From Bacteriovoracia bacterium (lineage in GTDB: Bacteria > Bdellovibrionota > UBA1018 > CAIPTA01), in contig JBFWVL010000001.1 in the NCBI GenBank assembly GCA_050246755.1, forward strand, positions 1,849,266 to 1,913,265: 64,000 bases of DNA, written 5' to 3'. Shown piece after piece: positions 1-8,969 of the stretch (position 1 is its first letter; the number at the start of each line of letters is the position of its first letter). A program made the position numbers and the translations under genes. The notes under the pieces are model-generated. The model did not search any database, was not told where the DNA came from, and was given only the letters and a program-made list of their open reading frames with translations.

Positions 1-184
1 GGGTCTTAGGCTCGTCGATATTGGGCCGGAAGTAGGAGCTCACGCGGTGCTGGAGGCTCTTGGCTTTGCCGATATAGAGAATCTTCGAATCCTTATCGAG
101 CATGCGGTATACGCCGGGGCCTTCGGTGGTATTCCGGGCTTTGTCCTGAAGGACGATTAGGCGTTGCTCGTAGGCGCTGCTCAT
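1..184 (-). CDS. uvrC: Excinuclease ABC subunit C, N-terminal GIY-YIG part (runs off window start)
   Basis: Manual translation from ATG at 184: [52 protein letters not shown]; PGVY..YIGKAK.L..RV.SYF is the UvrC signature. Confidence 0.9.
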   Translation of the reverse strand, partial: MSSAYEQRLIVLQDKARNTTEGPGVYRMLDKDSKILYIGKAKSLQHRVSSYFRPNIDEPKT

Positions 185-329
185 GAAATCAAACACTCCT
201 AAGTCTGACGGATTCTCTCTTGGAGATTCTACAGCCTAACTGCCCCAAATTCTCGGCAAGCTTTAACGCGCCGCGCACTAGCCCGCAAAGCGCTCTCGCT
301 GTATAGTGCTTTTCACACACAGGAGCTCT

Positions 330-764
330 ATGCCAGTCGGTGAAGAAATTATTTGTTTTTGCTCGTCCTGCAAACTCGATTTGCGCCACGTGATCGTTGC
401 GCACAAATCGGGAAATTCCGGGCCGATCTCGAAAGTACGCTGCAATACCTGCAAGAAAATCCACGCGTACCGCAATAATCCGGCGCATACGGCCTCCGCT
501 TCCACCCGCACCCGCAAAGAATCCTCCCCTAGGGAAAAAGTTCAGGTAATTCCCATTGAAGTAGAATGGCGCGAGCAATTGCGCTCCAACGAAAATAAGC
601 CTTCGGTAAAGTACGCGCCCACGGGAGAGTTCAAGGTGGGGGACGTGATCGATCATCCCACCTTCGGCTGCGGGATCGTGCGCTCCATGAAAGACGCGAA
701 TAAATTTGAAGTGCTTTTCCAGCGTGACGTAAAAACGCTGGTGCACAAACTGAAAGAGGACTGA
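330..764 (+). CDS. Zn-ribbon protein with C-terminal Tudor-like domain
   Basis: AGGAG RBS at 321-325 before ATG 330; CSSC...CNTC pairs; C-terminal FKVGDVIDHPTFGCGIV resembles the PcrA/UvrD C-terminal domain. Confidence 0.7.
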   Translation: MPVGEEIICFCSSCKLDLRHVIVAHKSGNSGPISKVRCNTCKKIHAYRNNPAHTASASTRTRKESSPREKVQVIPIEVEWREQLRSNENKPSVKYAPTGEFKVGDVIDHPTFGCGIVRSMKDANKFEVLFQRDVKTLVHKLKED

Positions 765-765
765 T

Positions 766-1956
766 ATGTCGGAAATTATCACCGAGACTCAGAAGCCAGG
801 AACCGTAACGTATCCCACCTATACGGTGCCGGATCATATCTTGAACCGCTTTCCGAAAGCTCCCCGCTCGATCTGGGCCGGGGCCGCCGAGAAGGACTGG
901 AATAACTGGATCTGGCAGCAGCAACAACGCGTACGCAACCTCGAGGGCCTCGAGAAGGTGATCAAAGTTACCGACGATGAGCGTAAGGCCTACGAAGGAT
1001 CCGTGGAGATGTTCAATATGAGCATCACTCCTTACTATGCTTCGCTGATGGATCCTGATAATCCGAATTGCCCAATCCGTTTGCAAGCCGTGCCGAAATT
1101 AGGCGAGCTGCATATTTCTCCCGAAGATTTGGAAGATCCCCTGGCCGAGGAGCGCGATATGCCGGTGCCCGGGCTCACGCACCGCTATCCCGACCGTGTA
1201 CTGTTCTACACCACCCACAACTGCGCGATGTACTGCCGCTTTTGCACGAGGAAGCGCAAGGTTTCCGATCCGGGCTCGGCCGCGCAGACCAAGCAGCTCG
1301 ACGGCGCGCTCGAGTATATCCGTAATCACAAAGAGATCCGCGACGTGGTGATCTCCGGGGGCGACCCGCTCTCGAACTCCGACGAGCGCCTCGATTATAT
1401 CTTGAGCTCGCTCCGCGCGATGCCTCATATCGAGATGTTCCGCATGGGAACGCGTAACCTCGTTACGCTCCCCCAGCGCATCACCGACGATTTCATCTAT
1501 ATGCTACGCAAGCACCACCCGGTGTACGTGAATACCCACTTCAACCACCCCAAGGAGTGCACCCGCGAAGCCTACGATGCTTGCCGCCGTCTGGCGGACG
1601 CCGGGGTTCCGATTTCCAATCAGGCCGTATTGCTCAAGGGCGTGAACGACGATCCGAAGATCTTCAAAGAGCTGAACCACAAGCTCCTGATGATGCGTGT
1701 TCGTCCTTACTATATTTATCAGTGCGATCTTTCGCAGGGGATTTCCCACTTCCGCACTCCGATCGAGAAGGGCCTTGAGATCATTGAGAACCTCCGTGGC
1801 TGGACTTCTGGTCTCGCGGTTCCTCACCTCGTGATCGATGCTCCGGGCGGCGGCGGAAAAATCCCGATCATGCCCCAGTACTTGCTGAAAAAAGAAGGCA
1901 AGAAGGTAACGCTGAGAAACTTCCGTAAGGAAGAATTCACCTATATCGAGCCGTAG
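766..1956 (+). CDS. kamA: KamA-family radical SAM enzyme (lysine 2,3-aminomutase-like)
   Basis: HRYPDRV, CAMYCRFCTR, SGGDPL, HFNHPKE and PLP-lysine motif GGGGKIP. Confidence 0.9.
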   Translation: MSEIITETQKPGTVTYPTYTVPDHILNRFPKAPRSIWAGAAEKDWNNWIWQQQQRVRNLEGLEKVIKVTDDERKAYEGSVEMFNMSITPYYASLMDPDNPNCPIRLQAVPKLGELHISPEDLEDPLAEERDMPVPGLTHRYPDRVLFYTTHNCAMYCRFCTRKRKVSDPGSAAQTKQLDGALEYIRNHKEIRDVVISGGDPLSNSDERLDYILSSLRAMPHIEMFRMGTRNLVTLPQRITDDFIYMLRKHHPVYVNTHFNHPKECTREAYDACRRLADAGVPISNQAVLLKGVNDDPKIFKELNHKLLMMRVRPYYIYQCDLSQGISHFRTPIEKGLEIIENLRGWTSGLAVPHLVIDAPGGGGKIPIMPQYLLKKEGKKVTLRNFRKEEFTYIEP

Positions 1957-1989
1957 GCTTGTTACTTCCGCTGCGGAAGGAATGGCGCG

Positions 1990-3258
1990 TTATTCCGCAG
2001 AGCGATGGCTTTTTTCTAATGGCTCGTGGCCCGGTTTCGCTTTTCTCTTCTTCGCGGGCGCGGGACTTTTCTTTTTTTCCACGATGGGAATGATGCCCTT
2101 GGCGGGCGGGCCGATCAGTTCCGGGACAGGCGGAAAATAATTCGGCGCTTCCGGCGTGCGCAGCTTCAGCAGCATCTTGCTCGCGCAGCTGCTACAGCTA
2201 TTGAATTCCCCCACGTAGTGAAAGATCTTCCGGAAGGGCTCGATGTCTTTTGCGAACTCATCGAAGCGTTCGGTGCCGCGGTAGGCGGTTTCGCACTCGT
2301 ATTTATTCGTGGCCGCATTCGCCTTTTCCACCCGAACCTCGTGAAGGTCGGTGCCGCCGAAGATATAAAGCTCTCCGCCTTTTTCGTGTTTCTTTTTCGT
2401 GGCCTCTTCCTCTTCCTCGTTTTTCTCTTCTTTTTCCTTCTTCGCCTCTTGGGCCATGAGCAAGGTATAGTCGAGGTTGAAGGTGCGGGTCTTGAACTTC
2501 CCTTTCTCGTCGCGCTCGGGAACCCAGAACTCGATGGAGCGGTCGAAGCCCGTGGCATCACTTCCGCAGTCGATGGCCTTGATGCCGAGCGTATTTTCTC
2601 TCAATATCTGCTGCATCTCTTCCACCTGGGAATCGCAGTGCGCCAGCACGTTGCCCACGATATTTACGCTCGCCACCACGAGGCCGCTCACGAACAGCTT
2701 TCCCACGTAGCCGAAGTTTGATTCGAGGAGGGCGGTGGGAGAGCGGAACATGAACTCGAATTTGCTCTCGATGCAGGTGAGCTGCAGGGCTTCGGCCTGG
2801 GCCAAAGGAGGCGCGAGCCAGGACGGGAACAGGCGAAGTGCGGTTTTCTTTTTCAGTCGGCCATCGATTCGCTGCAGGGTTTCCAGGAGCGTGGCGCGTT
2901 CGCCGAAAAATATTTTTTCGCCGTTTAGGATCACTTCGCCTTTTCCGGCATTGGCGAAGTCGGCGGTGATTCCGTCCACGGTGATCACGAGCTCCGCATC
3001 ATTGAAGCGCCGCTTAATCTCCGGCATTTTTTCGGAGAGTTTGGGTAGGCGGAGGAGGGAGGCTTTATCGATCCGGGAAAATAGGCGCGTCGATTCAATC
3101 CATTCCCGCACGGTCTGGTTTTTCCGTGCTTCGGCCACGAATCCAGTTATTTTCTCGCGCACCTCGGCGCGAATCGGTGCTTTCGTGGGCACGGCCGCCA
3201 GGCCCGCGAGGGGGCTCGCGAAAAGAAGGATCAGGCTAAGTTGGACGAACGGCTTCAT
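1990..3258 (-). CDS. Exported hypothetical protein
   Basis: 422-aa ORF with N-terminal signal peptide, K/E-rich tract and basic C-terminus. Confidence 0.75.
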   Translation of the reverse strand: MKPFVQLSLILLFASPLAGLAAVPTKAPIRAEVREKITGFVAEARKNQTVREWIESTRLFSRIDKASLLRLPKLSEKMPEIKRRFNDAELVITVDGITADFANAGKGEVILNGEKIFFGERATLLETLQRIDGRLKKKTALRLFPSWLAPPLAQAEALQLTCIESKFEFMFRSPTALLESNFGYVGKLFVSGLVVASVNIVGNVLAHCDSQVEEMQQILRENTLGIKAIDCGSDATGFDRSIEFWVPERDEKGKFKTRTFNLDYTLLMAQEAKKEKEEKNEEEEEATKKKHEKGGELYIFGGTDLHEVRVEKANAATNKYECETAYRGTERFDEFAKDIEPFRKIFHYVGEFNSCSSCASKMLLKLRTPEAPNYFPPVPELIGPPAKGIIPIVEKKKSPAPAKKRKAKPGHEPLEKSHRSAE

Positions 3259-3269
3259 GGCTATTAAAC

Positions 3270-3297
3270 GTTTCGGTCTCGCCGTGAGAATTCTTCA
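3270..3297 (-). promoter_or_regulatory. Possible sigma-28 (FliA)-type promoter
   Basis: TGAAG-N15-ACCGAAAC upstream of ATG 3258. Confidence 0.35.
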
Positions 3298-3367
3298 GTG
3301 AAATTAGGGAAAAACCTCGGGAAAACAGAAGCTTGACCAATATTCCGGGGCGTTCTACACCAACCCT

Positions 3368-4450
3368 ATGGCGCAGCAATGGCAAAACGATATCCGGGAA
3401 GCGGTAACCACGCTGGCCGATCCCCGCCTAACTGGCTATGCCTTCCTTTCCCGGCTGGGAAGTTTCATTCCAGCAATAGAAGCCCAGTTCCGCACTCTGG
3501 TTTCTCCCTATTACCTTTCGCTCATCCACCGCGCCGATCCCCACGATCCGATCGCGCGCATGGCCTTTCCCAGCTCCGCGGAAGCCTCCACGATCGGCTT
3601 GCGCGATCCGATCGGCGATCTCGATCAGAAAGCCGCCCCCCGTCTCACGCACCGCTACCGCGATCGCGCGCTCCTGCACGTGACCAATCTTTGCCCGATG
3701 TATTGCCGGTTTTGCTTCCGTAAAAATCTCATGAACGAAAGGGAGGAAGAGCTCTACGCCGGAGATTTCGACCAGGCCTTCGCTTACCTTGCCGTGCATC
3801 CGGAAGTGGAAGAGCTGATCTTGACGGGCGGCGACCCTTGGATGCTCTCGAACGAAAAGCTTTCGGCGCTCGTGGAGCGCGTGGCGGAAGAACTGCCGTC
3901 GATCCAGCGCCTGCGCTTCCATACCCGGATGCCCGTTACCTTGCCTTCGCGCGTGAACGAAGGCCTGCTTGGCGCCATCGTGCGGCCGAATAATTTCCGC
4001 ACTTTTGTGGTTACGCATTTTAACCATCCCCGCGAACTCACGCCGGAAGCCAAGAGGGCCACCGATGACTTGGCCGACCGGGGGATCATTCTCCTGAATC
4101 AGGCCGTGCTCCTGCGCGGAGTGAACGACAGCGCGGAAACCCTGCGCACGCTCTTCGTGGGCCTCGGCAATAGGGGGATTCTGCCATACTACCTGCACCA
4201 CTGCGATTTGGTGGCGGGCGCCGAGCATTTCCGTTTGCCGCTAAAAGAAGGCCGCGCTCTCGTGGCGGAATTGCGCGGGAAGCTGCCGGGGTATTTATTA
4301 CCGGAATACGTGCTCGATCTGCCAGGTGGGCTGGGGAAAATTCCCGTGGGGCAAAGCTTCGTGGAAAGCGAAAATAACGGGGAATACCTATTGCGCGGGC
4401 GGGAAGGCGAGCGGATCCCCTATCGCGACGTGGAAACTATTTTGCACTAG
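3368..4450 (+). CDS. Second KamA/EpmB-family radical SAM enzyme
   Basis: HRYRDRA, CPMYCRFCFRK, TGGDPW, HFNHPRE, GGLGKIP. Confidence 0.88.
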   Translation: MAQQWQNDIREAVTTLADPRLTGYAFLSRLGSFIPAIEAQFRTLVSPYYLSLIHRADPHDPIARMAFPSSAEASTIGLRDPIGDLDQKAAPRLTHRYRDRALLHVTNLCPMYCRFCFRKNLMNEREEELYAGDFDQAFAYLAVHPEVEELILTGGDPWMLSNEKLSALVERVAEELPSIQRLRFHTRMPVTLPSRVNEGLLGAIVRPNNFRTFVVTHFNHPRELTPEAKRATDDLADRGIILLNQAVLLRGVNDSAETLRTLFVGLGNRGILPYYLHHCDLVAGAEHFRLPLKEGRALVAELRGKLPGYLLPEYVLDLPGGLGKIPVGQSFVESENNGEYLLRGREGERIPYRDVETILH

Positions 4451-4638
4451 CGCTTTTCATTCGTCCGTTTCGAGTCTTTCAAGATCTTCACCACTTCAAA
4501 TTGTTTTCCCGAAAAGTAGTTCCGGTATGCACGATTCCGCCCACGGCGATTTTCGTAATGCCGGTTTCTCGGCCAAAGCCAGCAGGCGAGGGAAAACATG
4601 CCCTATCCCTAGCTGAATTTCGCTAGCCTTTTACCGGG

Positions 4639-4666
4639 TGGAGAAAAGGCCGGATCCTGCCGATAC
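4639..4666 (+). promoter_or_regulatory. Possible sigma-28-type promoter
   Basis: TGGAG-N15-GCCGATAC upstream of ATG 4695. Confidence 0.35.
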
Positions 4667-4694
4667 GAAAGTAGGTTTAGCAGAGGATTAGTTC

Positions 4695-5396
4695 ATGAAA
4701 TCTCTTTCACTACTGAGCGCGGTATTCTTCGGCCTGCCTTTACTGGCACACGCCGCTAACCTGCAAGAGCGCGGCACCTGGAAGGGCCCGAGCAAAACGG
4801 TGGAAGTGAAGGCGAATTCCATTCGCTTCAACGGGCAGGAATATACATTCGGAAAAGAAGAGCTGAAGAAAGCCTATTCCGCGGTGGCCTGGGACGTGAT
4901 CCTCTGCAAGGCCGATATCAGGCAGGCGTTCAGAACGAAAACCGGTGAAGTGGTGCTCCTGAACGTTACGCGTTCCAAGACTTCGCTGTCCGACGGGGTA
5001 TTTTGCCGGCTCAGCGAGGACGCGAGCCAGTTCAAGCAAGTGCACGAGTTCCAGCAAATCGTGTTGAAGGAAGAGGCTGGTAATTTAGCGATCAAGGTAA
5101 CGGACGTGAAAGACGGGAAGCAAAGGCCCGACATTACGCTCGCCGATCTGCAAGACCCTCAGCTCCTGGAAAAAAATGCCAAGCTCCGTAAGTTCATCCA
5201 AAAGGGTGATCAGGTGGACGGCCGGATAGTTTCTACCGGCAGCGTAAAAGAATTCGAGCTCTCCAGCTTCCAAGCGAAAAGGCAGGTTTCTCCCACAGTG
5301 GGGGACGAAGAAAAGCGCGAGGAAGCTTCGGAAAAATTCGTGCCGGCCATGGCCGAAAGCCAGGGCGAGGAAGAAATTCAGGTGGAGCTGAAATAA
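4695..5396 (+). CDS. Exported hypothetical protein
   Basis: GAGGA RBS; signal peptide ending AHA; 233 aa. Confidence 0.75.
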   Translation: MKSLSLLSAVFFGLPLLAHAANLQERGTWKGPSKTVEVKANSIRFNGQEYTFGKEELKKAYSAVAWDVILCKADIRQAFRTKTGEVVLLNVTRSKTSLSDGVFCRLSEDASQFKQVHEFQQIVLKEEAGNLAIKVTDVKDGKQRPDITLADLQDPQLLEKNAKLRKFIQKGDQVDGRIVSTGSVKEFELSSFQAKRQVSPTVGDEEKREEASEKFVPAMAESQGEEEIQVELK

Positions 5397-5397
5397 C

Positions 5398-7470
5398 TCA
5401 GCCCGTGGCCTTCGATTCCAAAATCTGCAATTCCAGCTGTTTAAGCGCACGCACGCGATCGCGCAGCGCGGCCGCTTCCTCGAACTCGTGCTCTTTCGCG
5501 GCCAGCTGCATCGCCTTGTGGAACTTTTCGATGGCGGCCCGAACATCCTTGATGGACTTGAGCCCCTTCATATCGTAGGCCTCCACGTCGCCCATGGCTT
5601 TTTCGGCGGGAGAAAGGCTCGTGCCTTCGGCCGCGAGCTGGCCTTCCCACTGGCGGATTCCGCGGATAACGGTTTTGGGCACGATGCCGTGCTCGAGGTT
5701 ATAGGCGCGCTGCTTCTCACGGCGGCGATCGGTTTCGCCCACGGCCTGCTCGATGCTTTTTGTCATCTTATCGGCGTAAAGAATCACGCGGCCTTCGGCG
5801 TTCCGGGCGGCGCGGCCGATGGTTTGAATCAAGGATCTGGCGGATCTCAGGAAGCCTTCTTTATCCGCGTCGAGGATGGCCACCAGCGAAACCTCGGGCA
5901 AATCCAAGCCTTCGCGGAGCAAGTTGATTCCGATCAAAACGTCGAAGATCCCCATGCGCAAATCACGCAGGATCTCGATCCTTTCGAGGGTATCGATATC
6001 GGAGTGGAGGTACTTCACGCGGATTCCCTTGGAGAGCAGGAAGGTGGTGAGATCCTCGGAGGATTTTTTCGTGAGCGTGGTCACGAGCACGCGGGTTTTC
6101 AGCTCCGGCGCCACGTTTACTTTCTTTTTGATTTCCTCGAGAAGATCGTCCACTTGGGTGCGTGCCGGTTTGATCGTGATTTCGGGATCGAGCAATCCAG
6201 TGGGGCGGATGATCTGTTCCACGATCTCGCCGCCGGTCTGGTTGAGTTCATAGTCGGCGGGCGTGGCGCTCACGTAGAGCAGCGAAGAGGCTTTCGCGTC
6301 GATGATACTGGTTACTTCCTCGAATTTCAACGGCCGGTTATCGAGGGCGGAGGGCAAACGGAAGCCGTATTCCACGAGGCTAGATTTACGCGCGCGGTCC
6401 CCTTTGTACATGGCACCTAGCTGGGGGGTGGTCACGTGGCTTTCGTCGAGCACCATGATGAAGTCTTTCGGGAAATAATCGAGGAGGGTCGTAGGCGCTT
6501 CGCCCTCGGCACGGCCGTCGAGGTGGCGAGAATAGTTCTCGATTCCTTTGCACACGCCGATCTCTTCCATCATTTCCACGTCGTAAAGCGTGCGCTGCTC
6601 GAGGCGTTTCGCCTCCAGAGTTTTTCCGATCGAGGTGAGCTGTTCGAGGCGATCGCGCAGCTCGGTAAGAATATTGTGAATCGCCCGTTTGCGCGTGGTG
6701 GCTTCGGTAACGTAGTGCGTGGCGGGATAAATCGCCGTGAATTTCACTTTACGCAGCGGCAGGCCGCGAAGGGGATCTACCTCGGTGATAGACTCGATGA
6801 AATCGCCGAAGAACTCCACGCGCAGCGCTTTCTCTTCTTCGTAGGCCGGGAAAATCTCCACCACATCGCCCCGCACGCGGAAGGTTCCGCGGTGGAAATC
6901 CACGTCGTTGCGCTGGTATTGGATCTCGATCAGGCGCTTGAGTAAATCATTGCGCTTGATCTCGGTGCCTTCCACGATCTGCACGATGAGGTTTTTATAG
7001 AGCTCGGGGGAGCCGAGGCCGTAGAGGAAAGAAACCGAAGCCACCACGATCACGTCGTTGCGGGTAAGCAGGGCGTGGGTGGCGGCGTGGCGCATGCGAT
7101 CGATCTCTTCGTTGATCTGCGCGTCTTTCTCGATATAGGTGTCGGTATGGGCCACATAGGCTTCTGGCTGATAAAAATCGTAGTAGGAAACGAAATACTC
7201 CACCGCGTTTTCCGGGAAGAATTCTTTGAACTCTTCGTAGAGCTGGGCGGCGAGGGTTTTATTGGGCGCCACGATGAGGGTGGGCTTGCCGATGCGCTGG
7301 ATCACGTTGGCCAGCGTAAAAGTTTTCCCCGAGCCCGTTACGCCGAGCAGGACGTTATGCTTCTTGCCGTGTAAAATATTATTCGTGAGCTCGTCGATCG
7401 CGCGCGGCTGATCGCCCTTGGGCTCGAAGAGCGAAGCTAATTTGAAGGGCGATTTTGGGAGCAGCTTCAT
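5398..7470 (-). CDS. uvrB: Excinuclease ABC subunit B
   Basis: [47 protein letters not shown] and C-terminal UVR coiled coil. Confidence 0.97.
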   Translation of the reverse strand: MKLLPKSPFKLASLFEPKGDQPRAIDELTNNILHGKKHNVLLGVTGSGKTFTLANVIQRIGKPTLIVAPNKTLAAQLYEEFKEFFPENAVEYFVSYYDFYQPEAYVAHTDTYIEKDAQINEEIDRMRHAATHALLTRNDVIVVASVSFLYGLGSPELYKNLIVQIVEGTEIKRNDLLKRLIEIQYQRNDVDFHRGTFRVRGDVVEIFPAYEEEKALRVEFFGDFIESITEVDPLRGLPLRKVKFTAIYPATHYVTEATTRKRAIHNILTELRDRLEQLTSIGKTLEAKRLEQRTLYDVEMMEEIGVCKGIENYSRHLDGRAEGEAPTTLLDYFPKDFIMVLDESHVTTPQLGAMYKGDRARKSSLVEYGFRLPSALDNRPLKFEEVTSIIDAKASSLLYVSATPADYELNQTGGEIVEQIIRPTGLLDPEITIKPARTQVDDLLEEIKKKVNVAPELKTRVLVTTLTKKSSEDLTTFLLSKGIRVKYLHSDIDTLERIEILRDLRMGIFDVLIGINLLREGLDLPEVSLVAILDADKEGFLRSARSLIQTIGRAARNAEGRVILYADKMTKSIEQAVGETDRRREKQRAYNLEHGIVPKTVIRGIRQWEGQLAAEGTSLSPAEKAMGDVEAYDMKGLKSIKDVRAAIEKFHKAMQLAAKEHEFEEAAALRDRVRALKQLELQILESKATG

Positions 7471-7536
7471 CGAAAATTTTCTTTCTTAGTTACGGATCGA
7501 GGCGGAAATGAAACGGGCTCCTGGTCTCCTGTTTTC

Positions 7537-7571
7537 AACGGCCAACCGAAAACCGCCAACAGCCAACTGGA
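7537..7571. repeat. Degenerate 7-bp tandem repeat (5 units)
   Basis: aacggcc aaccgaa aaccgcc aacagcc aactgga. Confidence 0.6.
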
Positions 7572-7604
7572 TTTCCCCCTCCAACCCCCTTTATACTACA
7601 ACCA

Positions 7605-8483
7605 ATGAGTATACTCGAAGCGGTGAGCGCTCTTTATGAAGCACAGCCCTATCCTCCGGTAGGCCGCTTTCGTTCCCTATTTCAGGGCGTGCGTAAAAAG
7701 GATCTTCCTTTACTCAACTATAAGGAAGGCTATGCGGCATCTTATGGCGGCCTCGAGGGGGCCGTGGACCGCCCTCGCATCCTCGTGGCCGGCTGCGGTA
7801 CCTTCGAGCCCGTGGTGGTGGCGCTGGCCAATCCTGATGCCGATATCCTCGCCGTGGACCTTTCCGCGCGTTCTCTGCGCGATTTGCAGTGGCAGCTGCG
7901 CTGGCGCGGGCTCGCGAAGCGGGTGCAGGTGCTTCAGGGCGACCTCGAGAAAATTTCCGGCACCTTCGACTACGTGATCGCCACCGGCGTGATCCACCAC
8001 CTCGAAGATCCGCTGCGGGGCCTGCAGAGTTTGGTGGCCAAATCTTCGGAGCGCGCCGTGTTTCGCTTCATGATCTATAGCCGCTGGGGAAGGGCGCTAC
8101 TATACCAAACCAAGGCACTCGCCGAGGCGCTGGGGATCAAGGATCCGAAAAAACTCCGCAAAATGATCGCGGCGCTTCCGGCCAACCATCCGTATAAAAT
8201 CTATTTTCACTTGTATTCCGACGCCCGCACGGATGCCGGACTAAGCGACGGATACCTGCATCCCTGCGACCGTGCCTTCACCGCGCTGGAGCTGGAAAAG
8301 CTTTTGGGCGATGCCGGCCTGCGCGCCACTAAATTTTTGCAAAGGCCCGAAGGGATGCCGGAAGCGGCCACGCAGCTGAGCGCCAGGGCGGCCGGGCTTA
8401 CCGACTGGAAAAAGATGGCATTGCTCGAAGCCTACGGCGCGCTCGAAGAAAATTTTCTGTTTTTTGCGGGGAGGGGAGCGTGA
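7605..8483 (+). CDS. Class I SAM-dependent methyltransferase
   Basis: ILVAGCGT motif I, AVDLS, FDYVIATGVIHHL. Confidence 0.85.
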   Translation: MSILEAVSALYEAQPYPPVGRFRSLFQGVRKKDLPLLNYKEGYAASYGGLEGAVDRPRILVAGCGTFEPVVVALANPDADILAVDLSARSLRDLQWQLRWRGLAKRVQVLQGDLEKISGTFDYVIATGVIHHLEDPLRGLQSLVAKSSERAVFRFMIYSRWGRALLYQTKALAEALGIKDPKKLRKMIAALPANHPYKIYFHLYSDARTDAGLSDGYLHPCDRAFTALELEKLLGDAGLRATKFLQRPEGMPEAATQLSARAAGLTDWKKMALLEAYGALEENFLFFAGRGA

Positions 8484-8965
8484 GCCAAATCGAAACCTGG
8501 TTGCCCACCGTGGTGAGCAAAGAGCTGCGCTCGATTCCTTCCTGGGCCGCCAATCAAGGCGCCAAAAGGCTTGAAGCCGCCGCCGCTTTGCTGGGAGTCG
8601 AAGAATCGAAAAAGGTAGCGCGCAAGGCTGGAGCTTACGAGCTCACCGATTCTTTGGCCCACGAGCTTAGATTACAAGGGGTAGAAATTTCGGCGCGAGG
8701 CGAGATTCCCGCGCTTTCTCCCGCGAACTGGTTATGTTCCTCGGCCTTGCACCCGCTTCCGCTTACGGAGTGGCGCCATCGCTGGGAGAGCGAAGGCGTA
8801 CGCCTCGAGGGAATCGTATTGAGCTCTGCGCGGCGCAAAGCTTTTTTAAATTTTCTGTCCGCCGTATCCTGCACGGAAGTAAAGGACGTGTGGGCTCTGC
8901 TCGAGATCGCCGATCACTTTTTTCAGGCCGATAACTTCGAGCTGGTGGTCAGCCGCAGTTTCTAG
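8480..8965 (+). CDS. Hypothetical protein, coupled to the methyltransferase
   Basis: GTGA overlap with upstream stop; GGAGG upstream. Confidence 0.6.
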   Translation: MSQIETWLPTVVSKELRSIPSWAANQGAKRLEAAAALLGVEESKKVARKAGAYELTDSLAHELRLQGVEISARGEIPALSPANWLCSSALHPLPLTEWRHRWESEGVRLEGIVLSSARRKAFLNFLSAVSCTEVKDVWALLEIADHFFQADNFELVVSRSF

Positions 8966-8969
8966 TTTT

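Noticed and set aside
2380-2450. CT-rich low-complexity tract
   Set aside because: Simply encodes the K/E-rich linker of the 1990-3258 protein.
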